Shown here piece by piece: positions 9,651 to 19,451 of a DNA stretch of 64,000 bases. The stretch spans positions 96,001 through 160,000 of the forward strand of contig JAUVNS010000010.1 in the NCBI GenBank assembly GCA_030599585.1, given 5' to 3'. Source of the DNA: Promethearchaeota archaeon (lineage in GTDB: Archaea > Asgardarchaeota > Lokiarchaeia > Sigyniarchaeales > SOKP01). The notes below the pieces were generated by a model that worked only from the letters and a program-made list of their open reading frames with translations, was not told where the DNA came from and ran no database searches. How positions within the stretch are numbered: the stretch's first letter is position 1; each line of letters begins with the position of its first letter. Made by a program: the position numbers and the translations under genes.

Positions 9651-10859
9651 CTAATCAGTGTTATATAGGGAAAAAATCTCATGAAAATACTTATCGCTCA
9701 TACCTGCGATAAAATCACGAGCTATTAACTTGAGATTTCCATTTTGCTTATTTGGTTCAAAATAGGTACTGTATTTTTCATCATCAATATATTCTATGTG
9801 GTCGATAAAAATAGGAGCGTGAAAGTTTTCTTCCTCTAAATCTCGGAGAGAATTTTCAAAAATTAGGTTGAATTGCTTTGTTAGGTTTTCCATGTAGGAA
9901 ATTTTAGAATGTTCATTTTTGTGCATATCTCTTCTGCTATATATACTATCATAATTAAATTTCTTTAATTCTTTGAACGCTTCAAAAATATCTTCACTGT
10001 AACCGATTTTATCATTATGTAAACTTGTGTTTAATAAATCCATGATGAGAGTTTTCATAATTTTTCGATTAGTATCCCCAAGTACATTTCTACAACTATT
10101 TGGGATATCAGATCTCTTGATTATTTTTAATAGAATTGCGTCTTCAATGTCTCGACCAATATAGGCAACAGAATCCGCAAATCTTACTGCGATGCCTTCG
10201 AAAGACATAGGTATTCTTTTAATTAGATTAGCGTTAAAACTTTCTTTATATTCTTTAAAATGATCTTCCCAACTCTTCCCATTTATTGTTACTGGTTTCA
10301 AAGCTCTCTCGTTAACTTCGCCGTCGTGACATAGAACGCCATCTAGCACTTGAAGTGTTAAATTTAATCCTTTTGCTGGTTTATCAGGAAATCTTTTTTC
10401 AAGATAAGATAACCACCTTATCCCTTGAGCATTATGGTTGAAAACCCCCATATGATTTTTCAAACTTATATCGTTTAATATAGCTTCACCTAAGTGTCCA
10501 AAGGGGGAATGTCCTACATCATGACTTAAAGCAATCGCCTCTATTAAATCAGTATTAAATTTCAAAATTCGTCCTATTTGACGCGCAATTCTGGCTACTA
10601 AAATAACATGTAGAGAACGATGAGTAATATTTGCGTTATTAATGCCAAAAAACACTTGAGTTTTATCTATATAGCGAGCGTAAGCTTTACTGTGAACGAT
10701 ACGATCAACATCTCGAAAGAATGCAGGTCGGATATCAATTTTGGATTCTTCATCTTCTTCGTAATATCTTACTGCTTGTGAATCAGATATAGCCTTCTCT
10801 TTTATATCTGAATCGCGTCTCATATGAAGTCTATAGATTTTAAGGTTTTTAGGATCCAC
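9651..10859 (-). CDS. dgt: HD-domain dGTP triphosphohydrolase-like protein
   Basis: RDVDRIVHSKAY, KTQVF, SHDVGHSPFGHLGE, FNHNAQG motifs. Confidence 0.88.
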   Translation of the reverse strand: MDPKNLKIYRLHMRRDSDIKEKAISDSQAVRYYEEDEESKIDIRPAFFRDVDRIVHSKAYARYIDKTQVFFGINNANITHRSLHVILVARIARQIGRILKFNTDLIEAIALSHDVGHSPFGHLGEAILNDISLKNHMGVFNHNAQGIRWLSYLEKRFPDKPAKGLNLTLQVLDGVLCHDGEVNERALKPVTINGKSWEDHFKEYKESFNANLIKRIPMSFEGIAVRFADSVAYIGRDIEDAILLKIIKRSDIPNSCRNVLGDTNRKIMKTLIMDLLNTSLHNDKIGYSEDIFEAFKELKKFNYDSIYSRRDMHKNEHSKISYMENLTKQFNLIFENSLRDLEEENFHAPIFIDHIEYIDDEKYSTYFEPNKQNGNLKLIARDFIAGMSDKYFHEIFSLYNTD

Positions 10860-10901
10860 GTATTAACTCACTTAACTTTTATTTAGAATAATGGAGACTG
10901 A

Positions 10902-11852
10902 TTATACACTTCCAAATTTTATATCTATGGCGTCATATGGACATTTTTCCTTACATGTTAAGCACAAATTACACTCACCTTTTCCTGTAAAGAAGTCAAA
11001 TGGTTCATCTAATATTCGTATTTGTTTTGGACAAACATCCTCACAAACACCGCATTCTGACCGACCCACACACTTAACCGGATTACGCGCTAGTTTCAAA
11101 AAGGAATATTCTGAAACTGCAGAAGAAATAGCTGCAAATGGGCATACATACCTGCAGTATATTCTTGGATACCAAACTGACAATATTATAATCAAAGAGT
11201 AGAAAAATAAGATGAAATAACCTCCAAATTCGAGAGCACCAAATTGTGCCGGAAGAAAGATGTTTTGAACTAGGTAGGGGAGAAAGACGAAGATAAATTC
11301 CGAAAGAGAAAAAAATCCAATAGGTTGTTCAACAAAAACGCCTAACTGGGCCTTAAAATCATTGTAAAAAAAAATATTTGCATTTTTAGCAATTCCTAAA
11401 GGGAAGATAATGATAACTACAATAATTATGAAAACATACTTCATGTTTAACAGAGTTTTATGCGTTTGTATCTTAAATTTCCTTTTTTTAGTAGGGATCG
11501 CAGCACACGCGTCTTGAATCGCGCCTATAGGACATATCCAGCCGCAAAAGAATCGATTCGTGAATAATAAAACCAACAACAAAACTGCGATAAGGAAAAA
11601 AGGAAAATCTCCTTTTGCCATAGAAAAAAAGATATATTCCAAAATTCCTCCACCTTGAGATAACGGATTTCTTGGTGAATTTAAAATGGGTAAAACTTTA
11701 ACAAGCCCTTCTAAACTTAATAAATTAATTTGTAAAATAGTCTCAAGAATTATGTAATTGATAATTAAAAAAGCGAAAATCTGAATAATCCTTCTGGAAA
11801 TTGTAATTGAGTGTTCCCTTATTTTTAACCGTTTAAATCTCAAAGATATCAC
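10902..11852 (-). CDS. Membrane polyferredoxin, NapH/MauN-like
   Basis: RFFCGWICPIG, RIYCRYVCP and C-terminal 4Fe-4S motifs. Confidence 0.85.
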   Translation of the reverse strand: MISLRFKRLKIREHSITISRRIIQIFAFLIINYIILETILQINLLSLEGLVKVLPILNSPRNPLSQGGGILEYIFFSMAKGDFPFFLIAVLLLVLLFTNRFFCGWICPIGAIQDACAAIPTKKRKFKIQTHKTLLNMKYVFIIIVVIIIFPLGIAKNANIFFYNDFKAQLGVFVEQPIGFFSLSEFIFVFLPYLVQNIFLPAQFGALEFGGYFILFFYSLIIILSVWYPRIYCRYVCPFAAISSAVSEYSFLKLARNPVKCVGRSECGVCEDVCPKQIRILDEPFDFFTGKGECNLCLTCKEKCPYDAIDIKFGSV

Positions 11853-12013
11853 ATGTCCAATTTTAAAGTAATAAATAATTACTGGTTAAAAAAATTGATC
11901 TTCCTAAATGAGATGCGTGGATTTTCTATTTTCTAAAAAAAAGAGATGTATCAATCAGAGGGTTTTTTGTAAATTAAAAATAATTAGAAATAAAAAAAAT
12001 AGTAGAACTCCAT

Positions 12014-12448
12014 TTAGGCTTTTTTAATTTTACCAAAAGACTTTTTATATTCTTCGGGGTTTCCACCAGAACTGAGATAATCAGCGTATACTTTTAAACT
12101 CTTTAAAAATAAATCTCCAGCTATTTCCATAATGGATCTTTGATCCTCCAATTCAAATTCAGCCCATAATGTGACAATAGTAGAATCACCTCTATTTTCG
12201 AAGATATAACCGAGTTTTTGCATCGGGGAACCCTCCTGAATGGATGTCATTTTTTCACAGGGTATGTTTTCTATTTCAGTGTTGGTCACATCTCCCACAT
12301 TCGTTTTAAAGAAATATTTTTTAGGTTCAAGCTGTGTACTTTCAGATACTACAATATTCCACCTTGGCAGATCCAAATAATCATTAAGAATTTCGTAAAT
12401 CTTCTCTACAGGTGAATCCAGTTCTATTTTTAATTCGATTGACGGCAT
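12014..12448 (-). CDS. SRPBCC/START-like (polyketide cyclase family) protein
   Basis: IELDSPVEKIYEILNDYLDLPRW N-terminal signature; 144 aa. Confidence 0.8.
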   Translation of the reverse strand: MPSIELKIELDSPVEKIYEILNDYLDLPRWNIVVSESTQLEPKKYFFKTNVGDVTNTEIENIPCEKMTSIQEGSPMQKLGYIFENRGDSTIVTLWAEFELEDQRSIMEIAGDLFLKSLKVYADYLSSGGNPEEYKKSFGKIKKA

Positions 12449-12585
12449 AAAAACAACTCTTTTGAAAATTAATTATTATTAGTGTATACTTATTTTTCTA
12501 ATTATATAAATTAGGGCAATTCCAAGTGAATTTTTCACGAGTTTATAACAATAAAATATAAAATGAGAAAAGCGTCTATTAGATC

Positions 12586-14496
12586 TTATTTTAGGAGTAA
12601 TGTTTCTCTATTCTTAGGACTTTTGGTTGCTTTCCTCAATTTCTTATGAATCATCGTAGATAAACTCACGCATTTACTCTCTTCTCCGTGATTTGTTATG
12701 ACAAGCTTGGGTTTGGGTTGAATTCTACGTAGAAATTGAGATATTTGGCTGCGCGATGAATGTCCGCTAAATCCTTCTAAAGTGAAAACATTCAAATTAA
12801 GTCGTACTAGTTGGGTTCTTCCCTTTGCGTTAGAGTATTGAATTTCACGAAATCCCCGTTGAACTCTTGACCCTAAAGTGCCATTCACTTGATAAGATAC
12901 GAATATTAGAGAATTCTTTTTGTCTTCTGCGAGTGCTTTAAGATATTGTACTGAAGGACCCCCAATGAGCATACCACTAGTGGCTAATATTATACAAGGT
13001 CCACCCATAATAACATTTTCCCTTTCATCTCGACCTGAGACTGTAGTGAAAAAATCGCTCATAAACGGATTTTTACCTTGGTGTAATATCTTTTCTCTTA
13101 AATCGGAGCTAAGAAAATCTGGATTAGCAGTGTGTATCGCTGTTGCTTCGGAGATTAAACCGTCTAGAAAGATAGGAACTTGATCGATGATGCCTTTCGA
13201 AATAAACTCTTCTAAGACGATTATAAGTTCTTGAGCTCTTCCTACAGCTAACACAGGGATAAGTATCTTCCCACCTCGTTTAATTGTTGAAGTTAAAATT
13301 TGCCGAAGCTCCCGTTCGGAATCTTGCCTGCTGGGAATCCGATCTTGCGGTCCGCCATAAGTTGACTCAATAAGTAAACTTTCAACGCGGGGGAACTTCA
13401 CAGCGGCTTGTTCAAGTAGCCTAGTCTTCTGATATTTGAAGTCCCCAGTATATACGAAATTATATCCTCCTTTTCCAAAGTGGAGGTGAATTAGCGATGA
13501 TCCTAATATATGCCCGGAATTATGAAGAGTTAATTTTATATCAGGAGCAATATCAGTGACTTTTCCCCATGAGAGAGGAATTGTATGGAGTACAGCGCTT
13601 TTCACATCTCTCTTTGAGTAGGGCATTGGAATTCCCTCTTTTTCACAAATCTGGACGAAATCCAATTGTAACATGGTTGCCAGGTTGCGAGTTGGAAGAG
13701 TGCAATAGACTGGACCTTGGTATCCATACTTAAATAAGTATGGAACCATACCACAGTGATCTAAATGAGCATGAGATATAATTACAGCATCTAAATCCCT
13801 TATAGAGAATTCGGGGATATCAAAATTAGGAAATTGATCGTTCTTGTTCCCTACATTCAAACCAACATCTAAAAGAATATTGCTATCCCTCGTTTGCATT
13901 AAGATGCAAGATCTTCCAACTTCTCTAAATCCGCCTAACGCAGTTAAACGTATATCCAATTCCTTGAACAAGGTAGGTCTGTGGATTCGTTTTCCAATAT
14001 TAAGGAGTATATCTTTCTGATTTTGTCTTTCTTTGGTAAGCATTTGCCTAATTAAACTGATAGTTCTCGAAGGAAGAGGAGGAGTTCGGATGGTTTTTGG
14101 TTGCCAGAAGGTATTCAGTCTAATCTCTTTTAAATTTACACCTTTCTTACCAATAACTAATCCTGGTTTTCCGGATTCTATAATAACTTCGCCACGTGTG
14201 TGATCAAATTCAATATTTGTAATTTCTGCGTCTTCACTAATCAAATTTCTAATGTAATCTTCAGTTTCAGAGGGATCTTTGCGATCTTCCACATTCCATC
14301 GAAAAACCACTCTTTTCCGCATAGATTTTGCTAATTCCTTCAGAACATCGGAACTTTCAATTGCTTCAAGATTTGAATTCTCAGAGTAAACAGCTATTTC
14401 AGGTCCCTCAAATTCGATTTTTTTTACTACTATCTCGGGAGGAAGATGTTGAATAATTTGTTCTTTAATTCTTTGTAGTTCTGATTCGAAACTCAT
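12586..14496 (-). CDS. fttA: aCPSF1/FttA KH-domain beta-CASP ribonuclease (transcription termination factor)
   Basis: N-terminal KH domains; GGFREVGRSC, SHAHLDHCG, GHILGS, GFSGH, NHGE motifs. Confidence 0.96.
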   Translation of the reverse strand: MSFESELQRIKEQIIQHLPPEIVVKKIEFEGPEIAVYSENSNLEAIESSDVLKELAKSMRKRVVFRWNVEDRKDPSETEDYIRNLISEDAEITNIEFDHTRGEVIIESGKPGLVIGKKGVNLKEIRLNTFWQPKTIRTPPLPSRTISLIRQMLTKERQNQKDILLNIGKRIHRPTLFKELDIRLTALGGFREVGRSCILMQTRDSNILLDVGLNVGNKNDQFPNFDIPEFSIRDLDAVIISHAHLDHCGMVPYLFKYGYQGPVYCTLPTRNLATMLQLDFVQICEKEGIPMPYSKRDVKSAVLHTIPLSWGKVTDIAPDIKLTLHNSGHILGSSLIHLHFGKGGYNFVYTGDFKYQKTRLLEQAAVKFPRVESLLIESTYGGPQDRIPSRQDSERELRQILTSTIKRGGKILIPVLAVGRAQELIIVLEEFISKGIIDQVPIFLDGLISEATAIHTANPDFLSSDLREKILHQGKNPFMSDFFTTVSGRDERENVIMGGPCIILATSGMLIGGPSVQYLKALAEDKKNSLIFVSYQVNGTLGSRVQRGFREIQYSNAKGRTQLVRLNLNVFTLEGFSGHSSRSQISQFLRRIQPKPKLVITNHGEESKCVSLSTMIHKKLRKATKSPKNRETLLLK

Positions 14497-14860
14497 ATAT
14501 TTTCAATTCTTTTATATAATTCTATTTATTGATTTTAAAATGTAAAAGCTAATGAACTTTGATTTGATTTAGAGTTATTTGATCTTTGGAATGAATTAAT
14601 TGAAATAACTTAATTACAAACTCCTTTAAAATTATATATGCAGTGATTGTTATTCATTAAATAATGTTTTTGAACAAATAGAATAATTCTTAGATATTAA
14701 TACAAATACCAGAGATTAAATTTAAGTATGAATTAATTCTAATTTCTATATATTATATAAATTAATCAAATAAAAACATTTTCATTATAGATGGTGTTAA
14801 ATTACACATCTATTAAGACATTAGGTAAATTTTTTTTAATAAAAAGGATTAGAAAAATTT

Positions 14861-15496
14861 ATGACAGAATTAAAAATTGGCGCTATTGCTAGCGGTTCGG
14901 GCTCTAATTTGGAATCTATAATTAAATCCTGTAAAACTGGTATCTTAAAAAATAAAGCAAGCGTGGAAATTCTTATATGCAACAAAATAGGTGCATTTTG
15001 TATGGAACGAGCAAAAAATCATAACATTCCCTATGAACTAATTGAGTCTAATAAGTATCTTCATCTTCCAAGGGAAGATTATGATAAAAAAATGATAGAG
15101 GTGTTCCGAAAGTATAGCTGCGAGTTAATCGTTTTGGTAGGCTACATGAGATTAGTAAGCGGAATGTTTATTGAAGCCTTTAATGGTAATGTTATGAATA
15201 TTCATCCCGCCCTATTACCTTCATTTAAAGGGATGCACGCGCATAGAGATGTGTTAGATTATGGAGTCAAAGTTTCTGGATGTACTGTTCATTTCGTTGA
15301 TAATCAATCAGATCACGGTCCAATCATTATCCAAAAATGCGTTCCTGTTTATGATACTGACAATGAAGATACTTTAGGATCAAGAGTTTTAGAATGGGAA
15401 CATAAAATTTTCCCCAAAGCGATCGAGTTATTTTGTAATAAAAGGTTGCAGATCAAAGAAAGGCTTGTTATAATAGATGGCGAATTTGATCTATAG
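14861..15496 (+). CDS. purN: Phosphoribosylglycinamide formyltransferase
   Basis: SGSGSNL, NIHPALLPSFKG, SGCTVHFVD, DHGPII motifs. Confidence 0.96.
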   Translation: MTELKIGAIASGSGSNLESIIKSCKTGILKNKASVEILICNKIGAFCMERAKNHNIPYELIESNKYLHLPREDYDKKMIEVFRKYSCELIVLVGYMRLVSGMFIEAFNGNVMNIHPALLPSFKGMHAHRDVLDYGVKVSGCTVHFVDNQSDHGPIIIQKCVPVYDTDNEDTLGSRVLEWEHKIFPKAIELFCNKRLQIKERLVIIDGEFDL

Positions 15497-15514
15497 CCAA
15501 TCTACATTTATCAT

Positions 15515-15616
15515 GCGGGAAATGAATTCGTTGAAAGCTCTGACCCAACTGAAAGTTTGGTTGATTCCATAACTTAATGAAGAAGATCTTGAGTAATGAG
15601 AATTTTCATTTCCCGC
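15515..15616 (+). ncRNA. Candidate structured RNA element with kink-turn-like motifs
   Basis: Perfect 12-bp closing stem GCGGGAAATGAA/TTCATTTCCCGC; internal hairpin; repeated TGA/CTGA motifs. Confidence 0.45.
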
Positions 15617-15707
15617 TCCTAATTTCCTTAAATAACCCTAAAATTTTAATCAAATCACTCATGGTAAGTAATATAATATCAGCAATTAACAAGAGAAAAA
15701 AGTAAAA

Positions 15708-17897
15708 ATGCCGCGTCGGAAGGAGATTTCAGAAATTCTGAATATGATGGAAAAAACGCAAAATATTAGAAACATTGGATTTGTTGGACATATAGATCAC
15801 GGAAAGACAACGCTTTCTGATTCGCTTTTGAGTGAGGCAGGATTATTGTCACCCGATTTAGCAGGTGAAGCACGCGCTCTTGATTATTTAGAGGAAGAAC
15901 AAGCTAGGGGGATTACGATGAAATCTACTAATATTTCATTATACTACGAGAAATCATTGAAAGATCATGAACCATTTCTAATAAACCTCGTAGATACGCC
16001 TGGACATTTAGATTTCAGTGGAAAGGTGACTCGCGCTCTAAGATTAATAGATGGGGTTGTAGTAGTTGTTGATGCTGTTGAAGAGATAATAACTCAATCA
16101 GAGACTGTGATTAAACAAGCTCTACAGGAAGGTGTAAAACCAGTACTTTATATCAATAAAGTAGATCGCCTCATCCGAGAGTTAAAGCTAACAGATGAAC
16201 AAATAAGAAAAAAATATACAAGAATTATTAAAGATTTTAATACATTAATTAAAAGACACGCAGATAAACCCTTTAAAAAAGAGTGGCAAGTATCTCCTGC
16301 GGATGGAAACGTAGCATTCGGCTCAGCGCTCCACAAATGGGGTTTTACATTAAGTATTTTAGAAAATAACGAGTTAAAATTTTCTGATATTAGATCTCGT
16401 TATCAGAAAGAAACTTACACCAAAGAGGGTTATGCTGACTTAGCAGTCTATTTTCCAATACATAACGCCATATTGGAAATGGTAGTTGACCATCTCCCCA
16501 ATCCTAAAGAAGCACAAACCTATAGAATCGGAAAGATCTGGGAGGGCGATTTAGAGTCGGAAATTGGAAAGGCTATGGTAAATTGTGATCCTAAAGGACC
16601 TACAATTATTTGTTTAAGCAAGGTACAAGTAGATAAACATATTTTGATAGGAACGGGCAGGATTTTTTCCGGAATGTGCTCAATGAAAGAAGATATTTTC
16701 TTGGTAAGAGAAAACAGTTACGATACAATCCGAAGGACAGCTCTCTTTATGGGACAAAGAAGGGAGCAAGTCGAACAAATACCTGTCGGTAACATTGTAG
16801 CAGTTGAAGGATTAAAGCGATTGCAAAGCGGTGAAACAATAATCGACAAAGACTTTGCCAATTTAATGGTTCCGTTTGAAGAGGTTAAATACATATCTAC
16901 TCCTGTAGTAACCGTTTCAATCGAGCCGGAGTATTTACGAGAACTTGATAAAATGAAGGAACTAATTGAAAACTTATTAATAGAAGACCCAAACCTTAAA
17001 TTTGAAATTAACGAGGAAAACGGCGAATTCTTGCTTTCGGGAGTTGGACCGCTACATCTTGAAATCACAGCAAATGAAATAGAAAAACGTGGTATAAATG
17101 TTTCTATTTCAGAACCACGAGCTGTATTCAAAGAATCTTGTAAGTATGATTCTTCCCTTGTCTCTGTAAAATCGCAAAATAGCAGGAATTCTCTTCAACT
17201 GAAAATTGAAAGAATAAAGGACAAGACTTCGAGGTTTTTACAAACTCATGATTTAGCAGCAATTAAACCTAAGGCGAGATTGAAAGAATTATTTGGGGAA
17301 CATACAGAATTAACGTTAGAAGAAATACAAAACTTCTGGAGGTATTTTGAAAATGACAACCTGTTTTTTTATAAAACGGAAGAAGATCTTGCCCCCACTT
17401 ATAAAGAAATTATAGAAGAAATTGTTGGTAAGATCCTTTCAAACGGATTTTTATGTGGTGAAAAAATTACTGGAATTAAAGTTAAAATTAGCGAGTTGAA
17501 CATAGATGAGCTTAATGAAGAAAACGCTTATACAGAATTATCCGCATTGTTCTACGAGGCCATCAAAAAAGGTTTAAACCAAGCAGAAATAATCCTTCTT
17601 GAGCCGATATATCTCACAATTATTCAATTACCCCCTGATTATGTAAAAAATGCGCTTTCTTTAGCTTCAAAGTATTCTGCTAAAATAAAGGATGTTAATC
17701 AAGAAAAGGATTATCAGGCTATTATTGAGATGTTACTCCCAGTAAGGAATTCGATAAAGTTTGCTGAAGATATTCGATCGTCTACTTCAGGAAAAGCATT
17801 TTGGCAGAATGAGTTTTATGCTTTCATGGAGGTTCCTAATCACGAAGCTAAACTAATTATAAATGATCTGCGCTTTATGAAAGGTATATCTTGGTAA
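15708..17897 (+). CDS. Elongation factor 2 paralogue (aEF-2p type)
   Basis: GHIDHGKTT, RGIT, DTPGH, NKVD motifs; domain IV lacks the HRG diphthamide loop. Confidence 0.88.
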   Translation: MPRRKEISEILNMMEKTQNIRNIGFVGHIDHGKTTLSDSLLSEAGLLSPDLAGEARALDYLEEEQARGITMKSTNISLYYEKSLKDHEPFLINLVDTPGHLDFSGKVTRALRLIDGVVVVVDAVEEIITQSETVIKQALQEGVKPVLYINKVDRLIRELKLTDEQIRKKYTRIIKDFNTLIKRHADKPFKKEWQVSPADGNVAFGSALHKWGFTLSILENNELKFSDIRSRYQKETYTKEGYADLAVYFPIHNAILEMVVDHLPNPKEAQTYRIGKIWEGDLESEIGKAMVNCDPKGPTIICLSKVQVDKHILIGTGRIFSGMCSMKEDIFLVRENSYDTIRRTALFMGQRREQVEQIPVGNIVAVEGLKRLQSGETIIDKDFANLMVPFEEVKYISTPVVTVSIEPEYLRELDKMKELIENLLIEDPNLKFEINEENGEFLLSGVGPLHLEITANEIEKRGINVSISEPRAVFKESCKYDSSLVSVKSQNSRNSLQLKIERIKDKTSRFLQTHDLAAIKPKARLKELFGEHTELTLEEIQNFWRYFENDNLFFYKTEEDLAPTYKEIIEEIVGKILSNGFLCGEKITGIKVKISELNIDELNEENAYTELSALFYEAIKKGLNQAEIILLEPIYLTIIQLPPDYVKNALSLASKYSAKIKDVNQEKDYQAIIEMLLPVRNSIKFAEDIRSSTSGKAFWQNEFYAFMEVPNHEAKLIINDLRFMKGISW

Positions 17898-18018
17898 GAA
17901 TTGATGTGAATTATAAAATTATTTGGTAATTGCGAAAAATCCACCCTCTATCATAGATTAATAATTATCTATTTACTAAATTTTATAAGCCCTTACAAGA
18001 TTATAAGTATGAAAGAAT

Positions 18019-18648
18019 ATGAGTAGTTTAAAAGAAACGATTCTAGTGAATATGATATGTCCATACTGTAAATTTAGTTTTAGAAAAAAAGTTGAATATC
18101 AAAAAAAGAGTGGCCTTTTCTCAATATTAATAAAAAACCACCATAAAAGTGATAATTGTCCACCTTTCATAGCATTCATAGATAGTCAGGGAAAGCATAG
18201 GGGTTCTCAAAAAATTGATAAAGTTGAATTAGAGTCCTCTATAAGCGATGAAATGCTTGAAAACGCTCGAAAAAGTATAAACGAATTAGAAAATACTTTA
18301 AGATTTTTTCATTTAAAGGTGCCTCGAATAGCTGGAATAGGTTTTGACCATAAAGTAGCTAATGTAAATGATAGAGCGTTTATGAGCTCAAATTCTTATA
18401 TTGATTTAATGCGTTTCTTAACGACATACGAAGGTAGCAATACTTTTGGGATAATAGCTTATGGTGACGATATTAATATTGAAGGGCGTATAGTAATTTA
18501 CGGAAAATATCTTGGAATGATTTATGTCCTTCTTTGGAAAGATCAAAAAACTATTCAAAATAAATCTTTTGATGAATTAAAAGGATTAGCAAACCTCACA
18601 GTAGAAAATTTAATAGGGATCTACGATTTAGCAGATTTCTTCTATTAA
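18019..18648 (+). CDS. Hypothetical protein with N-terminal putative Zn-binding motif
   Basis: CPYC...H...C; 209 aa ORF. Confidence 0.65.
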   Translation: MSSLKETILVNMICPYCKFSFRKKVEYQKKSGLFSILIKNHHKSDNCPPFIAFIDSQGKHRGSQKIDKVELESSISDEMLENARKSINELENTLRFFHLKVPRIAGIGFDHKVANVNDRAFMSSNSYIDLMRFLTTYEGSNTFGIIAYGDDINIEGRIVIYGKYLGMIYVLLWKDQKTIQNKSFDELKGLANLTVENLIGIYDLADFFY

Positions 18649-18812
18649 TCCCTTTCCAATTTCAATTTCAAATTAATTCGGTTCTGTAAAAAACTATTGA
18701 AACTATCATAGATATATTAATATTCTGCTAATTACATGAAACGTATTCTTTTAGTATATACTACACAAATTATAAAAGACGACTTAGTTCTTTTTAACTA
18801 TAACTACTTCCC

Positions 18813-19451
18813 CTCAAAATTATAAAAAATACTAATTAGACTTACTACAATCTTTTTGTTCAATTTTATTAAATTAGAAATGAATTTTGTACAATTAAAA
18901 ACTTTATTTGACAAAAAAGACTAATTTCCTTCATATTTTTATGAATAGTTATTTGTTAATTGTTTGATTGATCAAAATTATTAAATAATATATACCCAAT
19001 TAATTTTTTGTCTAAAAGAGAAAAATGATATTTAATTTTCTTTTTAATATCTCCGAGTTGAGGTTTAAAAATGGTTGTAAGCGATCTAAAAGTGGGAGAA
19101 AATTCTTTTCGTAGTCTTGCTGAAAATCTACCGGGAATAGTTTATAGAGTTTTAATTGAGGACGACAATCGAACGATATTCTTTAATGATATGGTTCAAA
19201 CCATGACTGGCTATAATCCTGAGGATTTGAAGAAAGGAAAAGTTTGTTCTATTGACCCGTTAATTTTACCTGAAGATAGATTACATGTAATAAACATTGT
19301 TAAAGATGCTATAGAAAAGAATGCTCCGTTTGAAGTAGAATACCGCATAAATAACAAAAGTGGAGAATTGAAATGGTTTTTTGAAAGCGGTAGACCTATC
19401 AGAGGCCATAATGGAAATCCTTCCTATATCGACGGTGTTATTTTCGATATT
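18813..19451 (+). repeat. Direct repeat copy 1 (upstream region plus first PAS of kinase 1)
   Basis: Near-identical to 23930..24570, beginning CTCAAAATTATAAAAAATACTAATTAGACTTACTACAATC. Confidence 0.9.

Noticed and set aside
14861-15616. purN as a selenoprotein with a 3' SECIS
   Set aside because: purN has no in-frame TGA and ends in TAG; the element is kept only as a generic structured RNA
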